A stretch of 59,550 bases of DNA from positions 1 through 59,550 of the forward strand of contig JBGAPB010000004.1 of assembly GCA_044221525.1 (NCBI GenBank), in the 5' to 3' direction. Below the pieces are notes generated by a model. It saw only the letters and a list, made by a program, of their open reading frames with translations, was not told the DNA's origin and made no database searches. Below, in pieces: positions 11,326 to 21,067 of the stretch. The stretch is from Blastocatellia bacterium. Its GTDB lineage: Bacteria > Acidobacteriota > Blastocatellia > RBC074. The stretch's first letter is position 1; each line of letters starts with the position of its first letter. The position numbers were made by a program, and so were the translations under genes.

Positions 11326-11778
11326 ATGAAAAAGCAACTTATGAACGTTGTCGCAGCTATCAGTTTCCTGTTCGTGTTGTCAGCAGTTACGGCTTTTGCC
11401 CAAGCCCCTATATTTAAGGCAAACATCCCCTTCGATTTCCAGGTCAATGGCAAGACTATGACAGCAGGCGAATACACGATTGGCGAACCGACTTCACCGC
11501 GCGGAACTGTCATTGTTCGCGGTGGTCAAAAGGCATCGACAGCGGCGGCGATTTTCAAAACCGTTGATGCAGGAAAAGCTACTGACACAACGCAATTGGT
11601 TTTCCATCGTTACGGCAACCATTACTTCCTGGCGCAGATGAAGGTCAAAAACCAAACCGCCGCCATGGAAGTGCCGACTTCAAAAGCCGAACGCGATCTG
11701 GTCAAAGAACTTAGCGGACGCAATCTGGCCAACAACAAAGTCGAGCCTGAAATCGTGACCGTCGCTCTGATTCAGTAG
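11326..11778 (+). CDS. Small secreted protein of unknown function
   Basis: 150-aa ORF with RBS AAGGAG 7 nt upstream and a signal peptide ending AFAQA. It has the motif IPFDFQVNGKTMTAGEYTI and a C-terminal LVFHRYGNHYFL block. It is followed by a terminator. Confidence 0.75.
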   Translation: MKKQLMNVVAAISFLFVLSAVTAFAQAPIFKANIPFDFQVNGKTMTAGEYTIGEPTSPRGTVIVRGGQKASTAAAIFKTVDAGKATDTTQLVFHRYGNHYFLAQMKVKNQTAAMEVPTSKAERDLVKELSGRNLANNKVEPEIVTVALIQ

Positions 11779-11826
11779 CAAACAAGTTTGATCGAATCTC
11801 CCATTGAAACGTTGAGTCTCTCATTT

Positions 11827-11867
11827 CGGCAACCTGAAGTCACAACTTCGGGTTGCCGCTTTTTTTA
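11827..11867 (+). terminator. Rho-independent terminator
   Basis: Stem cggcaacctgaagt / acttcgggttgccg with a 4-nt loop, followed by a T7 run. Confidence 0.75.
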
Positions 11868-11953
11868 TTCCGAACCGAAAAGCCGCAACACCTCGACTGA
11901 GCTATAATCCGCCTCGATTTCAATCTCACTTTAACCCGAGGTAGCTGTTCCAA

Positions 11954-12736
11954 ATGAATCACATTTACGGTTTGTCGCCCGTGCTTGAAGCTTTGCGAGC
12001 GAGACGGCGTCCAATCAGAAAAATCCTGATTGCCAGTGGAGCCAATCCCGCGCGGTTAAAAGAGCTGACAGAAACCGCCAAACGCGCAGGTGTCGGCATT
12101 GAAACACGCGACCGCCACGAACTGGATCAATTGACTCGCAACGCCAATCATCAGGGCGTGTTGGCTTTGGTAATGGAATCAGGGGCCGCCGCCCACGGCA
12201 ACAAGCAAAAACGAAATGCCGGTTACGTCGAATCCGACGCGATTCTGGATTCTTTGGGCGAATGCCCTCTGCTGGTTTTACTCGATGGAATCGAAGACCC
12301 GCACAATCTGGGGGCAATTTTGAGAAGCTGCGAAGGCGCTGGAGTTGACGGCGTTTTCATCCCGGAACATCGCGCCGCCGGATTGAATGAAACCGTGGCC
12401 AAAACTTCGGCGGGCGCAGTCGAATACGTGCGAATTGCCCGCGTCACCAACCTGGTTCGCCTGATAGAAGAGTTAAAGGAACGCGAAATCTGGGTGGTCG
12501 GTATCGAAGGCGGAACCGAAACCAGCTACACCAATTTCGATTTCAACCGTCCGCTGGCCGTGGTCATGGGCAGCGAAGGCAAAGGCGTCCGCCGTCTGGT
12601 GCGCGAAAAATGCGACGCCATAGTTTCAATTCCAATGCGTGGTCAGTTGAATTCATTGAACGTCAGCGTAGCAACGGGCGTGGTTCTGTTTGAAGCTTTG
12701 AGGCAGAGACAAACCAGCCAACACTCCGTCAGATAA
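11954..12736 (+). CDS. rlmB: 23S rRNA (guanosine-2'-O)-methyltransferase, SpoU/TrmH family (RlmB-like)
   Basis: 260-aa ORF with blocks LDGIEDPHNLGAILRS and VMGSEGKGVRRLVREKCD...IPM...SLNVSVATGVVLFE. Confidence 0.85.
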   Translation: MNHIYGLSPVLEALRARRRPIRKILIASGANPARLKELTETAKRAGVGIETRDRHELDQLTRNANHQGVLALVMESGAAAHGNKQKRNAGYVESDAILDSLGECPLLVLLDGIEDPHNLGAILRSCEGAGVDGVFIPEHRAAGLNETVAKTSAGAVEYVRIARVTNLVRLIEELKEREIWVVGIEGGTETSYTNFDFNRPLAVVMGSEGKGVRRLVREKCDAIVSIPMRGQLNSLNVSVATGVVLFEALRQRQTSQHSVR

Positions 12737-13888
12737 TCAAGAACTCAAGTGTATGCGCGGAACTCTGGCCGAAAAGCCTGTGACTACCTCATAGGAAATT
12801 GTGTCAATCTGTTCGGCCAAATCTTCGGCTGAGATTTTCAGGTCGCCTTGTTCCCCCATCAACACTGCTTCATCGCCAAGCTGTACTTCCGGCACATCGG
12901 TGACATCAATTATCGTCAAATCCATGCTGACTCGGCCAACAACCGAGGCGAACTGGCCGCGAACAATGATTCGGCCAATGTTCGACAACGCGCGTGGATA
13001 GCCATCTGCATATCCAATCGGCAAAGTCGCAATAATGCTTTCGCGCTCCGTCGTGAATGTCGAACCGTAACCAAGCGAAGTTCCGGGCGGAACCGTCTTC
13101 AACAAAACAATGCGGGATTTCAACGACATAACGGCTTTAAGCGGCAAAGCTTCCTGCCTGGGTGAAAGAACATCGCGCGTCAGCCCGTACATCGCCGCGC
13201 CTGCTCGTGCCAGATTGCCGTGAGCGTGCGGATAAGCGTGCAACCCCGCGCTGTTTGCCAGATGAAACCAGTTGGGCTGAAAACCAAGCTCGCGCAAGGC
13301 CAAAACCGACTCATCGAAAAGCCGAATTTGTCGTTCGGTGTAATCCGATTCTTCGCTGTCGGCATCGGCAAAATGAGTCATCACGCCGTCCAGTTTGATG
13401 TGATTGAAAGCCTGCAAACCGCGCGCAAATCCTGGCAGTTCGCCCAGCGGCACGCCAAGCCGTCCCATTCCAGTGTCAACTTTTAGATGAAAATTGATTA
13501 CGCGCCCGGCGGCTTTCGCGCGCTCGTTCAACTCCTCGGCCAAATCCATGCGAAACAGCGCGGGGGTCAAATCGTGTTCAAGAATCAACTGCCCCTGAGT
13601 CCGCCAGAATCCTCCCAGGCAGAAAACCGGCTGAGTAATTCCCGCTTGTCGCAACTCAACGCCTTCTTCCACCAGAGCCACTCCGAACCAGTCAGCCCCA
13701 GTAACTGCAAGAGCGCACGCGCATTCAACCGCTCCGTGGCCGTAAGCGTTGGCTTTGACCACGGCCATAAGCGGCGTGCCGGACTTGCCAGTTTTGGCCA
13801 GATGGCGTTTGAGCGTCAGGTAATTTTCCGTCAAAGCGGAAAGAGAAATTTCCGACCAGGTTGGACGATGATTGGTAAGTTGCGGCAT
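12737..13888 (-). CDS. alr: Alanine racemase
   Basis: 383-aa ORF with the PLP-lysine motif [13 protein letters not shown] and a C-terminal beta domain. It sits directly downstream of dnaB. Confidence 0.9.
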   Translation of the reverse strand: MPQLTNHRPTWSEISLSALTENYLTLKRHLAKTGKSGTPLMAVVKANAYGHGAVECACALAVTGADWFGVALVEEGVELRQAGITQPVFCLGGFWRTQGQLILEHDLTPALFRMDLAEELNERAKAAGRVINFHLKVDTGMGRLGVPLGELPGFARGLQAFNHIKLDGVMTHFADADSEESDYTERQIRLFDESVLALRELGFQPNWFHLANSAGLHAYPHAHGNLARAGAAMYGLTRDVLSPRQEALPLKAVMSLKSRIVLLKTVPPGTSLGYGSTFTTERESIIATLPIGYADGYPRALSNIGRIIVRGQFASVVGRVSMDLTIIDVTDVPEVQLGDEAVLMGEQGDLKISAEDLAEQIDTISYEVVTGFSARVPRIHLSS

Positions 13889-13896
13889 GAGTCCAA

Positions 13897-15288
<1,392 letters not shown>

Positions 15289-15319
15289 ATTGCCTGTTCC
15301 CTGTTTTTTTGAAGTGGTT

Positions 15320-15559
15320 TTACTGAATGTCGCTGTCCGGCGGCGCAATTTGGAATGAGCTTTCCGGCTCAGCCAGCGACACCCCTTTTATTCGGCGAAG
15401 CTTTTCCACCGACGCTTCGTCAATCGAACCGGAGATCATGCCGATGGACTTCATCTCGTGTTCGATGATCATTCCAGCTTTGCGACATCGAGTCACAACT
15501 TCAGAAAAGTCTTTTAGATGATCGTCGGCGACTGAAACAGTAAGATTTACTTTGCTCAT
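15320..15559 (-). CDS. Small hypothetical protein (79 aa), possibly an I9-propeptide-like or ACT-like alpha/beta domain
   Basis: The ATG at 15559 is preceded by GAGGTAAGG. It lies 40 nt downstream of the S8 protease gene on the same strand. The fold assignment is pattern-based only. Confidence 0.55.
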   Translation of the reverse strand: MSKVNLTVSVADDHLKDFSEVVTRCRKAGMIIEHEMKSIGMISGSIDEASVEKLRRIKGVSLAEPESSFQIAPPDSDIQ

Positions 15560-15599
15560 TGCCTTACCTCGATTTGAGCCGATGCGGTACCGCACCATT

Positions 15600-16934
15600 C
15601 TATGGAGCCTGAACTAATCCCATCCCCACATCGCGCGACGGCAAATCCAGTCGTAGAGTGCGCGAAACCAGCGCCATCCACAAAGCATTGCCGCGCAAGT
15701 TCGGATCGGATTCAGCAAACAGGGCCGCGATTCCGGCCACGTGCGGCGTAGCCATGCTGGTTCCGCTCATCTCTTTGTAAAGTTTGTTTCGTGGCACTGA
15801 GGATCTAATATCCACACCCGGCGCGGCAATGTCTACGCCTCCGCCATCCGGGTTGATGCCTCCATTCGAAAACGAGGCGATTCGCAATTTTTGGTCTATT
15901 GCGGCGACTGCCAGAATTGACGGGCAGTTGGCCGGATGACCGACTGGCGCAATGAAACCTGAACGACGGCTGTCGTTACCGGCGGCGACGACGATCAAAG
16001 AACCAGCATTCAACGCGCGAACCCCGACATTTTCATAAATCTGTGAAAAGCTTTGGCCCGCACCAACCGGAGCGCTCAGCGACATTGAAATCACTACGCA
16101 GCCATTGGTCAACGCCCAGTCAATTCCAGCCAAAATGCCTCCGTCAGAGCCAAACCCACGATTGCCGAGCACTTTTCCGGCAAAGATTTCCGCTTCATAA
16201 GCCACGCCATATCGCGGATTCTTTTTGGGCTTCAACGATCCGCAGGCTGTTCCAATGCAATGGGTTCCGTGACCATGAGCGTCGTCTACCGCCTCATTCG
16301 GAACAAATGATTGTGCAGTAATTTTGCGTCCGACGAAATCCGGGTGCCCCAAATCCAGCCCGGTGTCGAGCACTGCCACTCTTATTCCTTTGCCTGTGAA
16401 ACGCGAAATTCCTGCGTTGGTCAGTTGCAACCCGTAAGTCAGCTTAGATTGGTTAATGCCCGCCGCACTGATTTCGGCTGGCTCAGTTGAGCCAAGAATC
16501 TTGTCAGTCAAATGATTAACGGCATCTCTATAACCTCGCAGGTAATCAGTTGCCGCATCGCCAACTGCATAAACAATGCGCTCCGGCTCCATGGCCATAA
16601 TTGGATTGTCGCCGCTGATCGCAAAGCTGACAGCATCAGTTTGATCTGGCAAAGCGTCCATCACCGCCACTCCCAAGGATTCAAAAACCATGGCCTGCGC
16701 TCCGCCCAGGGTTTCCATATTCACCGCGCCCTTTTTGAAGTCCGAAGTGCTGGCCGCTTTTACACCCGCGACATTTTTTAACGCCTCGATATGGTTTTTG
16801 GCGGTTCCCGGCTGCATCAAAACCAAATAACGACCAGTGGTTTCCGCCACCTGGTTTTCGTTTTTTTGCAGTTGGTTTCTCTCGATGGCTGGTTTGGGAG
16901 CACTAGGTTTCTTTTTTGACTTGTTTTTCGGCAT
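15600..16934 (-). CDS. Subtilisin-like serine protease (peptidase S8) with an N-terminal propeptide-like region and no obvious signal peptide
   Basis: Catalytic triad blocks VAVLDTGLDLGHPDF, HGHGTHCIGTA and SGTSMATPHVAGIAAL. The N-terminus is Lys-rich and non-hydrophobic. Confidence 0.9.
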   Translation of the reverse strand: MPKNKSKKKPSAPKPAIERNQLQKNENQVAETTGRYLVLMQPGTAKNHIEALKNVAGVKAASTSDFKKGAVNMETLGGAQAMVFESLGVAVMDALPDQTDAVSFAISGDNPIMAMEPERIVYAVGDAATDYLRGYRDAVNHLTDKILGSTEPAEISAAGINQSKLTYGLQLTNAGISRFTGKGIRVAVLDTGLDLGHPDFVGRKITAQSFVPNEAVDDAHGHGTHCIGTACGSLKPKKNPRYGVAYEAEIFAGKVLGNRGFGSDGGILAGIDWALTNGCVVISMSLSAPVGAGQSFSQIYENVGVRALNAGSLIVVAAGNDSRRSGFIAPVGHPANCPSILAVAAIDQKLRIASFSNGGINPDGGGVDIAAPGVDIRSSVPRNKLYKEMSGTSMATPHVAGIAALFAESDPNLRGNALWMALVSRTLRLDLPSRDVGMGLVQAP

Positions 16935-16948
16935 ACGGAACTCCTATT

Positions 16949-17033
16949 AGAAAGTATGTAGTCCCGTTCTTTAGACGGCATGGGCGTGGTCACCAGGCCT
17001 TTTCGGCTACAGAACCGGGACTACATACTTTCT
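16949..17033. repeat. REP-like inverted-repeat doublet (GTAGTCCCG type)
   Basis: The arms agaaagtatgtagtcccgttct and agaaccgggactacatactttct are complementary apart from one extra g in the right arm. They are separated by a 40-nt spacer. The core resembles the elements at 17602 and 30328. Confidence 0.7.
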
Positions 17034-17048
17034 GGTAAATCAGAGGCT

Positions 17049-17085
17049 CAAATAACAACAGGGACGCAGTTTAGTGCGCCCCTGT
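17049..17085 (-). terminator. Putative rho-independent terminator after rplI
   Basis: On the minus strand: acaggggcgca-cuaaac-ugcgucccugu (11-bp stem including one G-U pair), followed by a U-rich uguuauuug. Confidence 0.5.
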
Positions 17086-17118
17086 ATTGTCAAAATGTTG
17101 TGATAAAGCTTAGCCGTT

Positions 17119-17586
17119 TCAGGCGGCGGCTTCGTCTTCATTTTTGACTACGATTTTAACGCTGGCCCCAACTTCACGGTGAAGTTTGACCGGCACTTCA
17201 TATTCACCCGGCTCCTTGATCGGATCTTTGAGCTGGATTTTACGGCGGTCAATCTCGAAGCCTTTGGCGGCAAATGCTTCGGCAATATCCATCGAAGTGA
17301 CCGAACCATAAAGCATCCCATGCTCGCCGACCTTGCGGGCGAATTCGAGCGTGAGTTCTTTCAGCAGTTCGGCTTGTCCGGTGGCGGCGTCGCGTTCAGT
17401 AGCTTCTTTCTTCAACAGAGCGCGGCGCTGTAATTCAATCTGTTTGACGTTGCCAGGCGTAGCCTGAACTGCCAGCCCTCGCGGCAGCAAAAAGTTGCGA
17501 CCGTATCCGGGGCGAACCTTGACCAATTCGCCGCGCACGCCAAGTTTTTCAACATCGTCTTTAAGCAATAATTGCATCAGTGGCAT
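17119..17586 (-). CDS. rplI: 50S ribosomal protein L9
   Basis: N-terminus MQLLLKDDVEKLGVRGELVKVRPGYGRNFLLPRGLA. The true start may be the MQLLL Met at 17577. Confidence 0.9.
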   Translation of the reverse strand: MPLMQLLLKDDVEKLGVRGELVKVRPGYGRNFLLPRGLAVQATPGNVKQIELQRRALLKKEATERDAATGQAELLKELTLEFARKVGEHGMLYGSVTSMDIAEAFAAKGFEIDRRKIQLKDPIKEPGEYEVPVKLHREVGASVKIVVKNEDEAAA

Positions 17587-17601
17587 AACTTCAACTCCTT
17601 C

Positions 17602-17653
17602 GTTCGTAGTTCCGACCTTTGTCGGAAACCGCCTTTAAGACGGCGCTCCAAAC
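17602..17653. repeat. REP-like element (GTAGTTCCG type, single or degenerate copy) in the rpsR-rplI spacer
   Basis: The sequence is gttcgtagttccgacctttgtcggaaaccgcctttaagacggcgctccaaac. It shares the 5' gttcgtagttccg and the 3' ...caaac ends with the element at 30328. Confidence 0.55.
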
Positions 17654-17656
17654 AAT

Positions 17657-17929
17657 CTAGTATTTCGTGTAAGGCAGCAACGCGATGTTGCGTGCGCGCT
17701 TGATGGCCTCAGTCAGTTTGCGCTGCTGCCATGCACCGACACCCGTCAAACGTCGCGGCAAAATTTTGCCGTTTTCGGCAATGAACGTTTGCAGCAGCCT
17801 CACGTCTTTGTAATCAATGTAATCAATACGTTCCGCCGTCAAACGTGAAACGCGGCGGCGGCGCGACGGACGCGAGTTGCGTTGCGTCCTGTTATTTCTA
17901 TCTCTGTCGTTATTATCCATATCAGCCAT
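17657..17929 (-). CDS. rpsR: 30S ribosomal protein S18
   Basis: Block [30 protein letters not shown]...[19 protein letters not shown]. The start is taken at MADMDNN. Confidence 0.9.
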   Translation of the reverse strand: MADMDNNDRDRNNRTQRNSRPSRRRRVSRLTAERIDYIDYKDVRLLQTFIAENGKILPRRLTGVGAWQQRKLTEAIKRARNIALLPYTKY

Positions 17930-18023
17930 AACTTTTCTCCAAATCGTCAGCGGCACATAAACGCGCCGTATTTTTGCGATTTACGCTTCCAAGCAAAGGA
18001 AAGCGTGAAAACCCTGCTTACGC

Positions 18024-18422
18024 TTATTCGTCGTAATCGTCTTCATCAATGTCAATGTCGTCATCGTCATCTATGTTTTTGACTGTCGGAACGACATTCT
18101 TCCGTTTTGCTTTCATCTTGGCAGCACGCTTCAGGTCTTCATCTGTGCGCACAGACATATAGCGAATAACGGAATCGGTGACTCGCAAACGACGTTCGAC
18201 TTCGGCAATTTCCTGGCCGGTTCCTTCAATGTGAACCAGTGTGTAAATGCCTTCTTCGAATTTCTCAATTTTGTAAGCAAGTTTGCGGCGGCCCCAAGGC
18301 TCGATCTTGGTGATCGTACCGCCACGATCGGTAACGGCGTGTTCGATTTGGGTGGTTAGCTTGTTTATATCTTCGTCGGTTGTATTTGGCGAAGATATAA
18401 ACATCAGTTCGTATGTTCTCAA
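18024..18422 (-). CDS. rpsF: 30S ribosomal protein S6 (acidic C-terminal tail)
   Basis: N-terminus MRTYELMFI... with WGRRKLAY. The start is a TTG preceded by AAGGAGG. The tail is DDDDDIDIDEDDYDE. Confidence 0.9.
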   Translation of the reverse strand: MRTYELMFISSPNTTDEDINKLTTQIEHAVTDRGGTITKIEPWGRRKLAYKIEKFEEGIYTLVHIEGTGQEIAEVERRLRVTDSVIRYMSVRTDEDLKRAAKMKAKRKNVVPTVKNIDDDDDIDIDEDDYDE

Positions 18423-18428
18423 TTCAAT

Positions 18429-18478
18429 CCTCCTTGTGGATTATAAAGCCTGTTAGCGTAAGGCCAGCAGGCAAGGAG
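18429..18478 (-). promoter_or_regulatory. Candidate rpsF 5'-leader structure that sequesters the Shine-Dalgarno
   Basis: On the minus-strand RNA, CUCCUU (18478-18473) pairs with the SD AAGGAG (18435-18430). An inner helix GCCUG/CAGGC has a 15-nt loop. Confidence 0.35.
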
Positions 18479-18515
18479 CAATGTGCTGCAATTTTGAATA
18501 TGCGGCACATCAACT

Positions 18516-19079
18516 TCAGTTATATTTCGACATCGCCTCTGCAATGCCGTTTGTCAAAATAACTTCAACGGCGTCAGCCGCCAGCGCCACCATTTCAGCC
18601 AGCGCATTTCGATCTTTTTTCGGGAATTCTGAAAGAACGAAGTCGGCAGCATTGGCAATCGGATGGTCGCCAGGTGCAATCCCCAATCTGACTCTCGGAA
18701 AATCCTGAGTACCGAGTTTGGCGATCAGAGATTTTAATCCGTTTTGCCCGCCGGCACTGCCTTTGGGGCGAATACGAATCCTACCAAATGGCAGAGCCAG
18801 ATCGTCACTTATAGCCAAAATCCTGGCGGCATCGGCGACCTGGTGCTTTTGTTTCAATGCGGCAACCGCAGAACCGCTCAGGTTCATGAAGGTTTGCGGC
18901 TTGACCAGCATGGCAGATTCGCCTCCGATCATAGCTCGCGTCGTCAAAGACTGACATTCAGGGGTGCGAACGTCGCGCCCGGCTCGTCGGGCTAATTCAT
19001 CAATGACCAGAAAGCCGCAATTGTGGCGAGTCCATTCATATTCCTTACCGGGATTGCCTAAACCGACGATCAGCCACAT
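18516..19079 (-). CDS. pth: Peptidyl-tRNA hydrolase
   Basis: N-terminus MWLIVGLGNPGKEYEWTRHNCGF, with a GGQNGLKS block. Confidence 0.9.
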   Translation of the reverse strand: MWLIVGLGNPGKEYEWTRHNCGFLVIDELARRAGRDVRTPECQSLTTRAMIGGESAMLVKPQTFMNLSGSAVAALKQKHQVADAARILAISDDLALPFGRIRIRPKGSAGGQNGLKSLIAKLGTQDFPRVRLGIAPGDHPIANAADFVLSEFPKKDRNALAEMVALAADAVEVILTNGIAEAMSKYN

Positions 19080-19144
19080 GCATTTGGGATTTCAGACAAC
19101 AGATTGCGGACAATCAACCGATGATCCGCATCCCGCAATCATTA

Positions 19145-19783
19145 CTACTTCTTCTCTTCAGGTTTGCCCTTTTTCACGACTTCCGGCTCAGCAGCTTCTG
19201 TGACTTCTGCGACTTCTTCAACGCGAGGCGAAACAACCGTAGCCAGAACCTTGTTCGGATCATCAAGCAATTCAACCTTATCGCCAAGGTTCAAATCCTT
19301 AACACTTAAATGATCGCCAAGCCCGAGGTTGGTCACATCAACTTCAATCACTGAAGGCAAATCGGCTGGCAAGCAACGAAGTTCCAGCGAATGAGTCGGA
19401 ACGTCCAGAATTCCGCCAAAATTTTTGACGCCATCGGCTTCGCCAATGATCTTTATCTTCACTTCAAATTTGGACGTTTCCGTCAGCGAAATACGCATCA
19501 GATCGGCATGCACCAAAAATCCTTTGACAGGGTCAATCTGTACATCTGCGATTTTGACCGGTCCGGCGCTGCCTTCCACATCCAAGGTGAAGATGACATT
19601 GCGTCCGTGGTGGCGAATCAATGCGGCAAATTCGCGCTTGGGCACTGTGGCGCTGGTGGATTCCCCACCTCCGCCGTAAACAGTGACAGGAACCAGATTG
19701 GCGGCGCGCAAACGGCGCGACGCATTTTTGCCAAACTCAGATCGGTTTTTAGCATTTAATGAAATGCTGTTATCGAAGCTCAT
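19145..19783 (-). CDS. ctc: 50S ribosomal protein L25 / general stress protein Ctc
   Basis: 212-aa ORF with LRAANLVPVTVYGGG and VQIDPV blocks and a Lys/Glu-rich tail. The context is prs-ctc-pth. Confidence 0.85.
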   Translation of the reverse strand: MSFDNSISLNAKNRSEFGKNASRRLRAANLVPVTVYGGGGESTSATVPKREFAALIRHHGRNVIFTLDVEGSAGPVKIADVQIDPVKGFLVHADLMRISLTETSKFEVKIKIIGEADGVKNFGGILDVPTHSLELRCLPADLPSVIEVDVTNLGLGDHLSVKDLNLGDKVELLDDPNKVLATVVSPRVEEVAEVTEAAEPEVVKKGKPEEKK

Positions 19784-19840
19784 AACTCTCCCTTTTGATG
19801 AATTCGCAAAAGCAAATTCAACTCTTCGTATTTCAAATTC

Positions 19841-20788
19841 TCAAATGAACAACCTGCTGACCGAACTTTCCTCGTGAATTGACTTGATCGCTTCAGCAAG
19901 CAACGGCGCGATACTCAAATACTCAAACCTGGACGGATCACAATTTTCTTTCGGTGGCATGGAGTTGGTCGTCATGACCTTTTCCAGAGGCGAATCGCAA
20001 ATTCGTTGAATTGCATTCCCCGATAAAACAGCGTGAACGCAACTTGTCATAATCCTCTTGGCGCCTTTTTTGTGCAGCGCATCAGCAACTTTTGTCAAAG
20101 TGCCCGCCGTGTCAACCATATCGTCAACTATCAAAACATTGCGCTCTTCAACCTGACCGACTATGTGCATAACCTCAGCTTCGGAATGGCCGGGTTGAGA
20201 TTTGTCGCGCCGTTTGTCAACGATGGCAAAATCGGCATCAAGTCGTTTTGCATAAGCCCGTGCGCGTTCGGCTCCGCCCGGATCAGGCGCAACCACAACC
20301 AAATCTTCAATCGGGTGTTCGGTGAAGTATTCAATCATCACCGGCGCGGCAAACAGATGGTCAACCGGAATATCGAAAAAACCCTGAATTTGCGGCGCGT
20401 GCAGATCAACCGTCAACACTCGATTGGCTCCGGCTGTGGTAATCAAATTCGCCACCAGCCGAGCCGAAATCGGAATTCGCGGCCTGTCTTTTTTATCGCC
20501 GCGCGCGTAACCATAATAAGGAACGACGGCCGTGATGCGATCTGCCGATGAACGCCGAAAAGCGTCAATCATAATCAACAGTTCCATCAGGTGAGCATCC
20601 ACCGGCGGACAGGTTGATTGAACTATAAAAACATCGCCGCCTCGGACATTTTCCAGAATCTGAAAGTTGAACTCTCCATCAGGAAACCGCGTTGTGTTGG
20701 CGCGGCCAAGTTCAATCCCAAGATACTGGCAAATTTCCTCAGCCAACGAACGATGGGCGTTGCCAGAAAAGATTTGCAGGCTTTTCAC
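19841..20788 (-). CDS. prs: Ribose-phosphate pyrophosphokinase
   Basis: 315-aa ORF with DLHAPQIQGFF and the PRPP-binding VLIVDDMVDTAGT. Confidence 0.9.
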   Translation of the reverse strand: MKSLQIFSGNAHRSLAEEICQYLGIELGRANTTRFPDGEFNFQILENVRGGDVFIVQSTCPPVDAHLMELLIMIDAFRRSSADRITAVVPYYGYARGDKKDRPRIPISARLVANLITTAGANRVLTVDLHAPQIQGFFDIPVDHLFAAPVMIEYFTEHPIEDLVVVAPDPGGAERARAYAKRLDADFAIVDKRRDKSQPGHSEAEVMHIVGQVEERNVLIVDDMVDTAGTLTKVADALHKKGAKRIMTSCVHAVLSGNAIQRICDSPLEKVMTTNSMPPKENCDPSRFEYLSIAPLLAEAIKSIHEESSVSRLFI

Positions 20789-20877
20789 GACTCTCTATAA
20801 ATGGCGATGAGTGCTGAACACCTAAGTGATTGATTTTTATTTCCTCACTCGGTACTCAGCACTCACCGCTGAATCTG

Positions 20878-20957
<80 letters not shown>

Positions 20958-21067
20958 CTTGTACTTTGCGATTTTAATTGCGAATTGAGTCACGCAAGAA
21001 ATCCTTGCGAAAACTCCCACGATGTCTGCTTCGGATTTTCTTCAACAAGCGGCGAGCTTTCAAAAGC

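Noticed and set aside
12734-12739. The rlmB and alr stop codons abut with zero intergenic nucleotides (convergent genes)
   Set aside because: The observation is real, but tight convergent packing is common in compact genomes, and no structure or motif is associated with it.
15289-15348. 20-aa N-terminal extension of DnaB overlapping the upstream small ORF
   Set aside because: The extension ([20 protein letters not shown]) has no counterpart in DnaB N-termini. The internal Met at 15288 removes the 29-nt overlap with the ORF 15320-15559.
20971-20997. Possible sigma-70 promoter for tRNA-Gln (TTGCGT ... TAAAAT on the minus strand)
   Set aside because: The spacer is only 15 nt and the -35 match is weak. 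That is not enough to report it as a feature.
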